Source: Candidatus Omnitrophota bacterium (GTDB lineage Bacteria; Omnitrophota; Gorgyraeia; Zapsychrales; Fredricksoniimonadaceae). Taken from it: DNA of 64,000 bases. Numbering within the stretch: position 1 is the first letter of the stretch; the number at the start of each line of letters is the position of its first letter. The notes under the pieces were generated by a model that had not been told where the DNA came from, ran no database searches, and worked only from the letters and a program-made list of their open reading frames with translations. Shown piece by piece: positions 37,726 to 45,796 of the stretch. The stretch spans positions 18,110 through 82,109 of the forward strand of contig CAJARJ010000020.1 of assembly GCA_903944345.1 (NCBI GenBank), read 5' to 3'. The position numbers were made by a program, and so were the translations under genes.

Positions 37726-38133
37726 CTATGGCTCCTTGGCCGTATCCGGAACTTGCGGAATAATGACGGACATCTCCTGATCCATTCCCTGTTGTCGATC
37801 AATAAACCATTCGGCCGGGCGCAACATCACAAATGCCCAGTGCCCGCCAACCATTACCTCCCGCTCTCCTCCGGAAACATGCGCGGGCACCCAGACTTTG
37901 ATAACCTTGGGAGGAAGAACAACGGGGACATACGGCTTCACATGCCCTGTATCGACTCCCCAAACCACCGTTTGTGACTCTTTCTCTGCCCCCGAAGACC
38001 GGGCAGCAGCACGATACGTTCCTCCCAAGGTCACAGCGTCTTTCCTGACGACACTCACCGGACCTCGTGCAGACAAAGAGCAGCCGCTAGTCAACAGAAC
38101 GATAAAAATCAACCGAATCCCGAGCCATCCCAT
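37726..38133 (-). CDS. TraV-like outer-membrane lipoprotein (VirB7 analogue)
   Basis: It has a lipobox-like N-terminus (LIFIVLLTSGCSL) and is small. It sits in the position between traB and traC, as in F-type operons. Confidence 0.5.
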   Translation of the reverse strand: MGWLGIRLIFIVLLTSGCSLSARGPVSVVRKDAVTLGGTYRAAARSSGAEKESQTVVWGVDTGHVKPYVPVVLPPKVIKVWVPAHVSGGEREVMVGGHWAFVMLRPAEWFIDRQQGMDQEMSVIIPQVPDTAKEP

Positions 38134-39241
38134 GGATACGAAATCCTTTCTGTACGATCACATACACACGTACTCCCGGTTGAACCATCACTGCCGGAAC
38201 AATCATGTCCAGTTGCTGCTGGTAGTACCGCGACAACTGTGCGGTGCTCTGGGCCATCCCCGAAAAAAGCGCATGTTTGGCCGCATTGCCGGTCAATGTC
38301 CGTGACTCTTTCCCGTCTTGCGTAACGGCAGAGACTTCCCCGTCGGCGACAGCCTGCGAAGCTCCGCCCATAAACCCACTCATAAACGATGCCGCCAGAC
38401 GCCCTGCGGTATTGCGCACAACCACACCTTTAAGCCCCAGCTGCCCCGAACGATCCGTCAAATACCCGAAAACTCCCGACTGTTCAAAACTTGCTCCTGT
38501 CGGAAAAACAGCCGCCAGTTTTTCCGCTTCAATCAAAGCCCGCTCGCTGTTAAGATCGCCCGTCGCCTTGCCCAGAACAAAAGCTCCTTCAAGTGCAATC
38601 GCCGAAGCATTCGGACCGGTAAAGGCTTCATCAAGCCTGATCAGGACGGGCAAAGAATTGTTCCCGTCCGCCGGAGCGTACACTCCGGTCAACAGTGTCC
38701 CCGACACAAAGCTGCCCGCCGGCAGATACACATCCATGGACTCCTGATCGGGTTCCTGCACGGCTACTATGTCAAGCTGCTGGCGTGATTCTGCCCCATT
38801 CTTGTCTGCTGGTTCGCTCCCTTCCCTACGTAACCGTTTGGCAACCGCCTGCAGGCTCAGCACAGCAGTTTTTGTTTTCTTTATCGATTCACGCATCTCC
38901 TCGAACCTGGTGTTAAGTTTTGTAACCTTGCGGGACATTTCGTCATTCTTGCGTGCGACACTGTCATATTGTTTTTCCAGGCGTTCGACATAAGCCTTGC
39001 GATCCACCTCTTCTCCCAGAAACATTCCTCTGCCCGTATCTTTAAGTTGCCCTGTCGAAGAAACAGCCTGTACGACACCATGAGACTCCTGCCCTTTGCC
39101 TCTCTCCTGTTTTGACGAAAAGACAAACATCAGGACAAAAAAAAGAGCCGCTCCCGCCGCAATAATCAGCAGACCGCTCTTCTCACTTCCGGACCCAACC
39201 CTTTCAAACAAACCGCGCAAGCGGGCTAACAAATCTTTCAT
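38087..39241 (-). CDS. traB: TraB/VirB10-family T4SS core protein
   Basis: It has an N-terminal TM, a coiled coil and then the TrbI/VirB10-type barrel region LPAGSFVSGTLLTGVYAP...LPVLIRLDEAFTGPN...GDLNSERALIE...GYLTDRSGQLGLKGVVV, which resembles F TraB. Confidence 0.75.
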   Translation of the reverse strand: MKDLLARLRGLFERVGSGSEKSGLLIIAAGAALFFVLMFVFSSKQERGKGQESHGVVQAVSSTGQLKDTGRGMFLGEEVDRKAYVERLEKQYDSVARKNDEMSRKVTKLNTRFEEMRESIKKTKTAVLSLQAVAKRLRREGSEPADKNGAESRQQLDIVAVQEPDQESMDVYLPAGSFVSGTLLTGVYAPADGNNSLPVLIRLDEAFTGPNASAIALEGAFVLGKATGDLNSERALIEAEKLAAVFPTGASFEQSGVFGYLTDRSGQLGLKGVVVRNTAGRLAASFMSGFMGGASQAVADGEVSAVTQDGKESRTLTGNAAKHALFSGMAQSTAQLSRYYQQQLDMIVPAVMVQPGVRVYVIVQKGFRIHGMARDSVDFYRSVD

Positions 39242-39957
39242 CGCCTTAACACCAGATACAGGGTTGTAGAATCACTCTTACGTCCGCGTGCCTGCAAGAT
39301 GTCTCGCTCAACCGTGCCAAGCAGCAGTCCCGGCAAACTCAACCTTTGCAGAGGAATCACCAATGCCCGACCAAGCAGATTCTCAGCCCGCACCACCCAT
39401 CCTTTAAGTTGGGCTGTCGTATAACTCCTGATCACAGTCAGACGCATGGTCTTATCCTGCCAGAGCAGCTCCGAATCGCTTGACTCCGTCGCGCCAGAAG
39501 GCTTTTGCCCTAAAACCATGGCCTTGAGCATGCCCAAAGCATGATCTTGCCTGAAGGAAACAGCGGCCGTATCTCTGGAGATATAAATACGTTCCCCCGA
39601 AAAAACCTGTTGCTCAAGAGAAAGCTCCGAGGAGGAAAACCTGATCCTGAAAGAACGACCTCCACGATCAATAATCACCAATTCAGAATTATCACAACGC
39701 CGTGGCGTAACAAAAACCCGGCCGGGCGCATGTTCTACCTCGAGCGCTTCGGAACTTCCTGAACGAACCAGGTGCGACACTCCGCCCTCGACAACTATCT
39801 CGGTCATGTGCCCCGGAGTGCACGCAATCAGGCTGCTTCCCTCTTGCTCAATACGTAGCGGCACCTGCGCCTCGGCCAAAGTACAGACAAAACATAATCC
39901 AAGAACAAAACCCAAGACCCTAAAGCGCATCCTCATCTGCCTCCTTTGACCAGACAT
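39238..39957 (-). CDS. TraK-like (VirB9 analogue) periplasmic / outer-membrane core protein
   Basis: It has a signal peptide (VLGFVLGLCFVCTLAEAQ) and is about 240 aa and beta-rich. It lies between the traE-like gene and traB, with an ATGA overlap to traB. The assignment is mainly positional. Confidence 0.55.
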   Translation of the reverse strand: MSGQRRQMRMRFRVLGFVLGLCFVCTLAEAQVPLRIEQEGSSLIACTPGHMTEIVVEGGVSHLVRSGSSEALEVEHAPGRVFVTPRRCDNSELVIIDRGGRSFRIRFSSSELSLEQQVFSGERIYISRDTAAVSFRQDHALGMLKAMVLGQKPSGATESSDSELLWQDKTMRLTVIRSYTTAQLKGWVVRAENLLGRALVIPLQRLSLPGLLLGTVERDILQARGRKSDSTTLYLVLRR

Positions 39958-40507
39958 CCTCTACAACAAGACCATAAATATTCTCTCCAGCCGCCGGGAC
40001 TCGCCGCACAACAACAACATAACGCACATCTTTCATTGCAATTTCTTCCTTGCCCATATAAACCCCGCGCTTGCCGTCGATTTCTACCCGGAATGAGCGC
40101 CCTTCGGAAGCAACCCGTGCGTCATCTGTAAGCGTAAATATCGATGAAAGCCGGTCAGAAAGAATCTTTCCGCGTTCCTCCTGCGAACGGGCGCGGACTT
40201 TGGAAAGCAGCTGTGGTCCCATAAACCGGAAAGCCCGCGAATAAACTCCGTCAATCGTCTCTGGAGTATAATTCATCCAGTCCATTAACCAGGCCGAAGC
40301 GAAAGAAAGAACCGAACTTTCTGGTATCCGGTCGGGATAAGCCAGGCCCGCTTGTGCTGCCCCCGGAATATAATAGATCGGACGGGGCCGAAACGCTGTC
40401 ACCGCCAGCAATACAGCGAATATCACGCTTAAGCTTCCCAAAAGATAAAGAACATAATGCAGTTTTACATTCTCGAATTCCGCTCCGGCATAACGTTCAA
40501 AAAACAT
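39920..40507 (-). CDS. TraE-like (VirB8 analogue) bitopic T4SS protein
   Basis: The start is trimmed to the ATG at 40507, which has an AAGGAAGG RBS. It has a single N-terminal TM (YVLYLLGSLSVIFAVLLAVTAF) followed by a periplasmic domain of about 150 aa. It follows traL. Confidence 0.5.
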   Translation of the reverse strand: MFFERYAGAEFENVKLHYVLYLLGSLSVIFAVLLAVTAFRPRPIYYIPGAAQAGLAYPDRIPESSVLSFASAWLMDWMNYTPETIDGVYSRAFRFMGPQLLSKVRARSQEERGKILSDRLSSIFTLTDDARVASEGRSFRVEIDGKRGVYMGKEEIAMKDVRYVVVVRRVPAAGENIYGLVVEDVWSKEADEDAL

Positions 40508-40793
40508 CCTGGCCTTCCTTGCTATAAATGCTGTAAAAACGCTCGGGCCCCGGCGGCAGCAATCCTCTGAAGCCAACTCCCTGCCGGTACAGCCAATGAA
40601 TCAGATATCCTTCCGGTTTCCCGCGCTTGAACGCGGCCAGACATGGCCAGATGAAAAACAACGCGATCAACGGAACTGCCGGAGAAAACACAATTGCCGG
40701 TACCCCGCACAATAAAAGAATCACAGCGACATCTTCACCCTCAAGGCCCAGAATAAGAAGAGGCCGGTCAATTGTTCTTGGACACGGTTTCAT
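40497..40793 (-). CDS. traL: TraL-like (VirB3 analogue) small membrane protein
   Basis: It is 98 aa. The pattern IDRPLLILGLEGEDVAVILLLCG fits the TraL pattern (xxD.P..ilG...de followed by a TM). It lies directly after the pilin gene. Confidence 0.6.
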   Translation of the reverse strand: MKPCPRTIDRPLLILGLEGEDVAVILLLCGVPAIVFSPAVPLIALFFIWPCLAAFKRGKPEGYLIHWLYRQGVGFRGLLPPGPERFYSIYSKEGQDVF

Positions 40794-40794
40794 T

Positions 40795-41082
40795 TTATCC
40801 TCCGAATATCCCCAGAAAATTGGGCAGAAATACCAGCGCCAGCAAGGCTAAAACACAACCCACCGCGGCCCCGTACTCCTGATGAATAATTTTCCAGACC
40901 CCAATAAGTAAAAATACCAGCGCCAGAACCTTGGAAGCCGGTCCGGTCATAACCTTGACCATAAAATCCGCCAGACCGTTAAATTCCGTCACCGCCCGTT
41001 CCTGTGATCCCGACTGGGCAAAAGCAACCTGGCTCCACAAACTTAAGATCATCCCCGCCAAAACAGGCAACACCTTCTTCAT
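40795..41082 (-). CDS. VirB2/TraA/TrbC-type conjugative pilin
   Basis: It is 95 aa. The signal peptide ends AFA|Q, and two hydrophobic helices follow (VLALVFLLIGVW; VGCVLALLALVFLPNFLGIF). An AAAGGAG RBS is present. Confidence 0.6.
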   Translation of the reverse strand: MKKVLPVLAGMILSLWSQVAFAQSGSQERAVTEFNGLADFMVKVMTGPASKVLALVFLLIGVWKIIHQEYGAAVGCVLALLALVFLPNFLGIFGG

Positions 41083-42344
41083 ACGGCTCCTTTAACTGTC
41101 GGTTGAAAAATCATCTTTGCTCTCGTGAAAAATAAAAGCGCGCTCACCAGGACACACCCAAGAATAACGACAATCCCGACAGCCACTCCCACAGCCACTC
41201 CCAGAGATTCACGAAAGCCCTGCAGATCACTCCGCAGCAAAATAACCCGGCTGCAACTATCCAGAACCGTCAGACAAAACGGGCAAAGTTTGAGTACTAA
41301 CAACCCGCGAAAATACCCCAACAGAATATCCAGATTGCCTTTGAGCATAACAGCCAAAAGAAACACAGGAAAAAAGACATACCAACCGGCAAGCATTCCT
41401 CCCAGAACATAGGGCCAGCCACTCAAGACCATACGAGCCGCCGCAAGAAATTTGTCGAAAAGCTCATATGCCGGAATAACCCCGTCCTGACAAAACTTGT
41501 CCTGACAGGTAAAAACACCATATTCCCCCGGTCTGCGCTGCGTTTCCAGAATCAGAAAATCCCTGACCGAAAGCTCTACAACCGGACTTTGCAGACCAAA
41601 CAGCCTGTGAGCCTTCTCTAATAAGTGATTCTTGCCATCAAGATACTTATATAAAGACTCCTGCAATTCCCCCCAGCGACGCCCATCCTGCGCGGAATAT
41701 CGTGCAACCACCCTGGAATCTCCCGGCCATAATCCGGACGGCATAAGGCTGTTATTTTCCGACACAAGTCTTTTCAGAACAGGAAGATATGTTTCCGAAT
41801 AGAATACTTTCACCTGCTCCTTAAGACCGCCATCAGCAATGCCCTGTGAAAAAAGACGCGCCACCAGAACCGAAAGATTGATTGGCAGAAACGGACTCTT
41901 CAGAAAACCCTCTCCGGCAACCTCTTGAACTTCCATAATATTGATGAGATTATTGGAGAACCCATTCAATAGCTGCACTGTCGTCAAGAAAACCGGATTA
42001 ATCGTCAGCCTGCCCAACCCATGTTTTTCCAACAAGCCCGTTGTTGAAACCTCCCTGAAACCTCGTTCTTCCATAACCGACGGATATCCCGCAAGCTCAG
42101 TCGAGGGCAAAACAAATAACATCCATACACTAAAAAAAATCAAACAAAACATCATAAAAGGACGAATACTCCCCGCGCGGACAGATCGCCACAATGCCAG
42201 AATAAACCCCAGACCAAAAAGACTTTTGCCAAACGCACTTTGCAGAAAAAGAAATTCAATAAGAGCGTGTGAGCGATCCAGGCCTATTAATTCAAAAGCA
42301 TTCTCAACGGGCGTTATGGCTGACAACATCATTAGATTGTCCAA
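41079..42344 (-). CDS. Polytopic inner-membrane protein, first gene of the operon; possible VirB6 / TraG-N analogue
   Basis: It has several TM segments at both ends flanking a soluble loop of about 200 aa. The ORF-track start is a TTG at 42344; ATGs at 42332 and 42329 are alternatives. The functional guess is positional only. Confidence 0.4.
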   Translation of the reverse strand: MDNLMMLSAITPVENAFELIGLDRSHALIEFLFLQSAFGKSLFGLGFILALWRSVRAGSIRPFMMFCLIFFSVWMLFVLPSTELAGYPSVMEERGFREVSTTGLLEKHGLGRLTINPVFLTTVQLLNGFSNNLINIMEVQEVAGEGFLKSPFLPINLSVLVARLFSQGIADGGLKEQVKVFYSETYLPVLKRLVSENNSLMPSGLWPGDSRVVARYSAQDGRRWGELQESLYKYLDGKNHLLEKAHRLFGLQSPVVELSVRDFLILETQRRPGEYGVFTCQDKFCQDGVIPAYELFDKFLAAARMVLSGWPYVLGGMLAGWYVFFPVFLLAVMLKGNLDILLGYFRGLLVLKLCPFCLTVLDSCSRVILLRSDLQGFRESLGVAVGVAVGIVVILGCVLVSALLFFTRAKMIFQPTVKGAV

Positions 42345-42373
42345 TGGTCAATTTAGTTGACAATTACTCAACA

Positions 42374-42401
42374 AATATAGCATAAATTGACATCATGTCA
42401 A
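42374..42401 (-). promoter_or_regulatory. Sigma70-like promoter of the Tra/Pil operon (-35 TTGACA, 16-nt spacer, -10 TATATT)
   Basis: Read on the minus strand. TTGACA is the complement of 42396-42401 and TATATT is the complement of 42374-42379. The -35 element is embedded in the perfect palindrome ATTGACAT-C-ATGTCAAT (42386-42402). Confidence 0.45.
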
Positions 42402-42449
42402 TGATAATTTTGATTGTTTATCAAATAAAAAGACTTCGGAAGGAGTAAA

Positions 42450-43427
42450 TCAGCTCAAACGATGCTGCAGATGCGCAATCCATTCAGGGTGGGCAAGATA
42501 CCACTCAATCGTATTTTTAATGCCCTGCTCAAAAGGCACCGTTGGCTGCCAGCCCAGTTCCGTGCGAATTCGGGCGGCATCAATGGCATAACGACGATCA
42601 TGCCCCTGGCGGTCTTCTACATAAGAAATAAGACTTTCAGATTTTCCAAGAATATTAAGAATCAGACGGACAATATCAATATTCTTCCATTCATTATTCC
42701 CGCCGATATTATAGACTCGGCCCGGCACCCCCTCATGTAAAACCACGTCGATCGCCGCACAATGATCGCCTACATAAAGCCAATCCCGGACATTAAGTCC
42801 ATCGCCGTAAACCGGCAGAGGCTTGTTCTGCAAGGCATTATTAATCATCAACGGAATCAATTTCTCGGGATATTGATACGGCCCGTAGTTATTGGAACAA
42901 CGGGTTATGATGACCGGGAAACGAAATGTTTCATGATAAGCCCGCGCCAAAAGATCACTGCCGGCCTTGCTGGCCGAATACGGACTATTGGGGGCAAGAG
43001 GAGTTTCTTCGGTAAAATATCCTTGCGGCCCCAAAGACCCGTAAACCTCGTCAGTTGAAACGTGAATAAAACGCTGGATAGAGCAGCCCCGGGCACATTC
43101 CAGAAGAACTTGCGTCCCAAGAACATTCGTGCGAACAAAAACCTCCGGCCCCTCAATGCTGCGATCCACATGAGATTCTGCAGCAAAGTGGATGACCTGG
43201 TCAGCTTGCGACATAACCTGCTGCACGGCCACCCGGTCGGCTATATCGCCCTGAACAAAGGTGTAACGAGGATCGGCAGCCACCGCAACCAGGTTATCGG
43301 GGTTCCCCGCATAAGTCAGCAAGTCAAAATTGATCAACCTGTAGTCCGGATAACGCTCAAGCATGTAGCGAATAAAATTGGAGCCGATAAAACCACATCC
43401 GCCGGTAATAAGCAGTGTCTTTTTCAT
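42450..43427 (-). CDS. rfbB: dTDP-glucose 4,6-dehydratase
   Basis: The supporting motifs are MKKTLLITGGCGFIGSNF, YSASKAGSD and HVSTDEVYG. Confidence 0.95.
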   Translation of the reverse strand: MKKTLLITGGCGFIGSNFIRYMLERYPDYRLINFDLLTYAGNPDNLVAVAADPRYTFVQGDIADRVAVQQVMSQADQVIHFAAESHVDRSIEGPEVFVRTNVLGTQVLLECARGCSIQRFIHVSTDEVYGSLGPQGYFTEETPLAPNSPYSASKAGSDLLARAYHETFRFPVIITRCSNNYGPYQYPEKLIPLMINNALQNKPLPVYGDGLNVRDWLYVGDHCAAIDVVLHEGVPGRVYNIGGNNEWKNIDIVRLILNILGKSESLISYVEDRQGHDRRYAIDAARIRTELGWQPTVPFEQGIKNTIEWYLAHPEWIAHLQHRLS

Positions 43428-43430
43428 TCT

Positions 43431-44294
43431 CTACCTCAAGTCTGCCGGGCAAACGCGGCTATTTTGAATATCTGCCAGATACCGGTCAATCGCCGCCTGC
43501 CACGACGGCAGGCCACAGCCCAGCACTCCGGACAATTTACGATTGGAAAGCGGAGAAAACAACGGGCGCCTGGCCATAACAGGAAAAGAACTCATTGGCA
43601 CCGGAACGATTTCGACCTGTAAGCGACGTGCCGCCAGATAATATTTCGCCCATTCATAGCGGGAACAACAGCCGGTACTGGCCAAATGATACAACCCGCC
43701 GACCCTTTTGGCCGCGGCCGCGAGAATCGCATCCGCGACATCCCCGGTATAAGTAGGAATGGAGACTTCATCCTCTGATATGCGCAAAGTTTTCTGACGA
43801 GTCGCCCAATCTTCAAGCTTGTAAAGAAAATTCTGCCTGCCCTCGCCAAAAAGCCAGCTCAAGCGAAACACGGCGGCAAAGTCGCCTCCGGCAGCCAGGA
43901 CATCGCACTCGCCTTGATACTTGCTCGCCCCGTACACACCCAGCGGATTAGGACAATCAGCCTCCGTGTAATAATCGCCCTTTGTCCCGTCAAAAACATA
44001 ATCTGTGCTGAAATGAAACAACATCGCCCTCTGCCGGCGGCACATTTCCGCCAGTTGCGCCGGAGCCTGAGCATTCACACAAAAAGCACGCTCGTTTTCC
44101 TGCTCAGCTCGCTCGACATCATTATAAGCCGCACAATTGATCACAAAATCCGGAAAGAACGACTTCAGCAGAGCATTGAGCTTGTCGGTATCAGTCACAT
44201 CCGCTTGTAATCTGCCGGGCGCGGTAAAAGGCAGCCCGTTACGAAGCAAAACCTGTTGAACGGCCTTCCCCAACTGCCCCTGCGCTCCCAACAC
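43431..44294 (-). CDS. rfbD: dTDP-4-dehydrorhamnose reductase
   Basis: The supporting motifs are GAQGQLG, YGASKYQGE and the RmlD-type C-terminus. The listed start is a GTG. In-frame codons just upstream encode ARFLV (the expected beta-1 strand), so the true start may lie further upstream on a non-canonical codon. Confidence 0.85.
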   Translation of the reverse strand: MLGAQGQLGKAVQQVLLRNGLPFTAPGRLQADVTDTDKLNALLKSFFPDFVINCAAYNDVERAEQENERAFCVNAQAPAQLAEMCRRQRAMLFHFSTDYVFDGTKGDYYTEADCPNPLGVYGASKYQGECDVLAAGGDFAAVFRLSWLFGEGRQNFLYKLEDWATRQKTLRISEDEVSIPTYTGDVADAILAAAAKRVGGLYHLASTGCCSRYEWAKYYLAARRLQVEIVPVPMSSFPVMARRPLFSPLSNRKLSGVLGCGLPSWQAAIDRYLADIQNSRVCPADLR

Positions 44295-44325
44295 AAGGAA
44301 TCTTGCACCACCTGCAACAGCCCCT

Positions 44326-44916
44326 TTACTCTGCAGTCTGGCCTCCTTCTGTCAAAACAGGAGCATACCTGAAATTATTCTCCGCATCTCTCAAGCGTGG
44401 ATAAAGCGCATCTTTCCCGGACAAAACAGGCAGACGCACCGGCCAATCAATGGCCAGCTCAGGATCATTCCATATAATACCGCGCTCCAGAGCCGGAACG
44501 TAGGGTGCTGTGCAGCAATAAATCACCTCAGCCTCACTGGAAAGGACACAAAAACCGTGAGCAAAACCTTCCGGAACATAAAGCATCCGCCCCTGCCGCG
44601 CGTCCAGGCTGACCGACAACCAGCGCCCATACGACGGAGATCCCTGACGAATATCCACCACAACGTCACATATCTCCCCCTTGACAACCATCACCAGTTT
44701 CCCTTGAGCTGAAGGCAAAAGCTGATAATGCAAGCCGCGCAAAACATCCTGACGGCTCACCGAACGGTTAATCTGGGAGAAATGACCGGGGATCCCTTGT
44801 TCCTGAAAAAGCGCTGATTTAAACAGCTCGCAGAAAGAGCCGCGAGCATCTTCATACATCTGCGGCGCAATGCTTATCACTCCGGGCAAAACCATTGCTT
44901 CAAACTGAAAAGCCAT
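44326..44916 (-). CDS. rfbC: dTDP-4-dehydrorhamnose 3,5-epimerase
   Basis: DARGSFCELFK, RGLHYQ and GFAHGF are cupin RmlC motifs. Confidence 0.9.
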   Translation of the reverse strand: MAFQFEAMVLPGVISIAPQMYEDARGSFCELFKSALFQEQGIPGHFSQINRSVSRQDVLRGLHYQLLPSAQGKLVMVVKGEICDVVVDIRQGSPSYGRWLSVSLDARQGRMLYVPEGFAHGFCVLSSEAEVIYCCTAPYVPALERGIIWNDPELAIDWPVRLPVLSGKDALYPRLRDAENNFRYAPVLTEGGQTAE

Positions 44917-45788
44917 TAGCGCTCCTCTGCTATATTCCGCAAATAAATCGCATACTCGCTATGAAAGCTGTCAGCCAGAGACAAAAGTTTTTCTTTGTCG
45001 ATAAAACCCTTGCGGAAAGCCACCTCTTCGATACAGCCAATCTTGAGCCCCTGGCGGTCTTCGATGGTTTTAATAAAAACCGAAGCATCCAGAAAAGAGT
45101 CATAAGTCCCCGTATCCAGCCAAGCATACCCTCGCCCCAAAAGATGGACTTTAAGCCGGCCTCGACGTAAATATTCATTATTGATATCCGTTATCTCTAT
45201 CTCGCCGCGTGCAGACGGACGAATCTGCCTGGCAATGCGAACAACATCGGAATCATAAAAATATAAACCGGTGACCGCCCAGTTGGAACGCGGACGCTGC
45301 GGCTTTTCTTCAATGGAAATGACATTGCGCTCGGCATCAAACTCAACAACGCCATACCGGGCGGGATCCTTGACATAATAGCCAAAAACCGTTGCATCCT
45401 GACAAGCCGCCGCGCGGGACAATAAATCGATAAGGCCATGGCCAAAAAAAACATTGTCTCCCAAGATAAGACAGACACGGGAATCCCCGATAAAATCCGC
45501 CCCGACAATAAAAGCATCCGCCAAACCACGCGGCTGTGCTTGCTGAGCATACTCCAGACGGATACCGTAATCTGCACCATTTCCCAACAAGGCTCTGAAT
45601 TGCGGCAGGGCTTCCGGGGTCGAAATAAGCAGAATATCTTTAATCCCCGCCATCATAAGAACCGAAAGTGGGTAATAGACCATCGGCTTGTCATAAAGAG
45701 GCAACAGTTGTTTGCTGACCACTCTGGTTGCCGGATAAAGCCGGGTAGCCTTCCCTCCGGCCAGAATTATTCCTTTTGTCTGTATCAT
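44916..45788 (-). CDS. rfbA: Glucose-1-phosphate thymidylyltransferase
   Basis: The supporting motifs are KGIILAGGKATRLYPAT, KQLLPLYDKPMVYYPLS and LGDNVFFG. The start is at the ATG at 45788, which has an AAGAGGTGG RBS. Confidence 0.95.
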   Translation of the reverse strand: MIQTKGIILAGGKATRLYPATRVVSKQLLPLYDKPMVYYPLSVLMMAGIKDILLISTPEALPQFRALLGNGADYGIRLEYAQQAQPRGLADAFIVGADFIGDSRVCLILGDNVFFGHGLIDLLSRAAACQDATVFGYYVKDPARYGVVEFDAERNVISIEEKPQRPRSNWAVTGLYFYDSDVVRIARQIRPSARGEIEITDINNEYLRRGRLKVHLLGRGYAWLDTGTYDSFLDASVFIKTIEDRQGLKIGCIEEVAFRKGFIDKEKLLSLADSFHSEYAIYLRNIAEER

Positions 45789-45796
45789 GCCACCTC

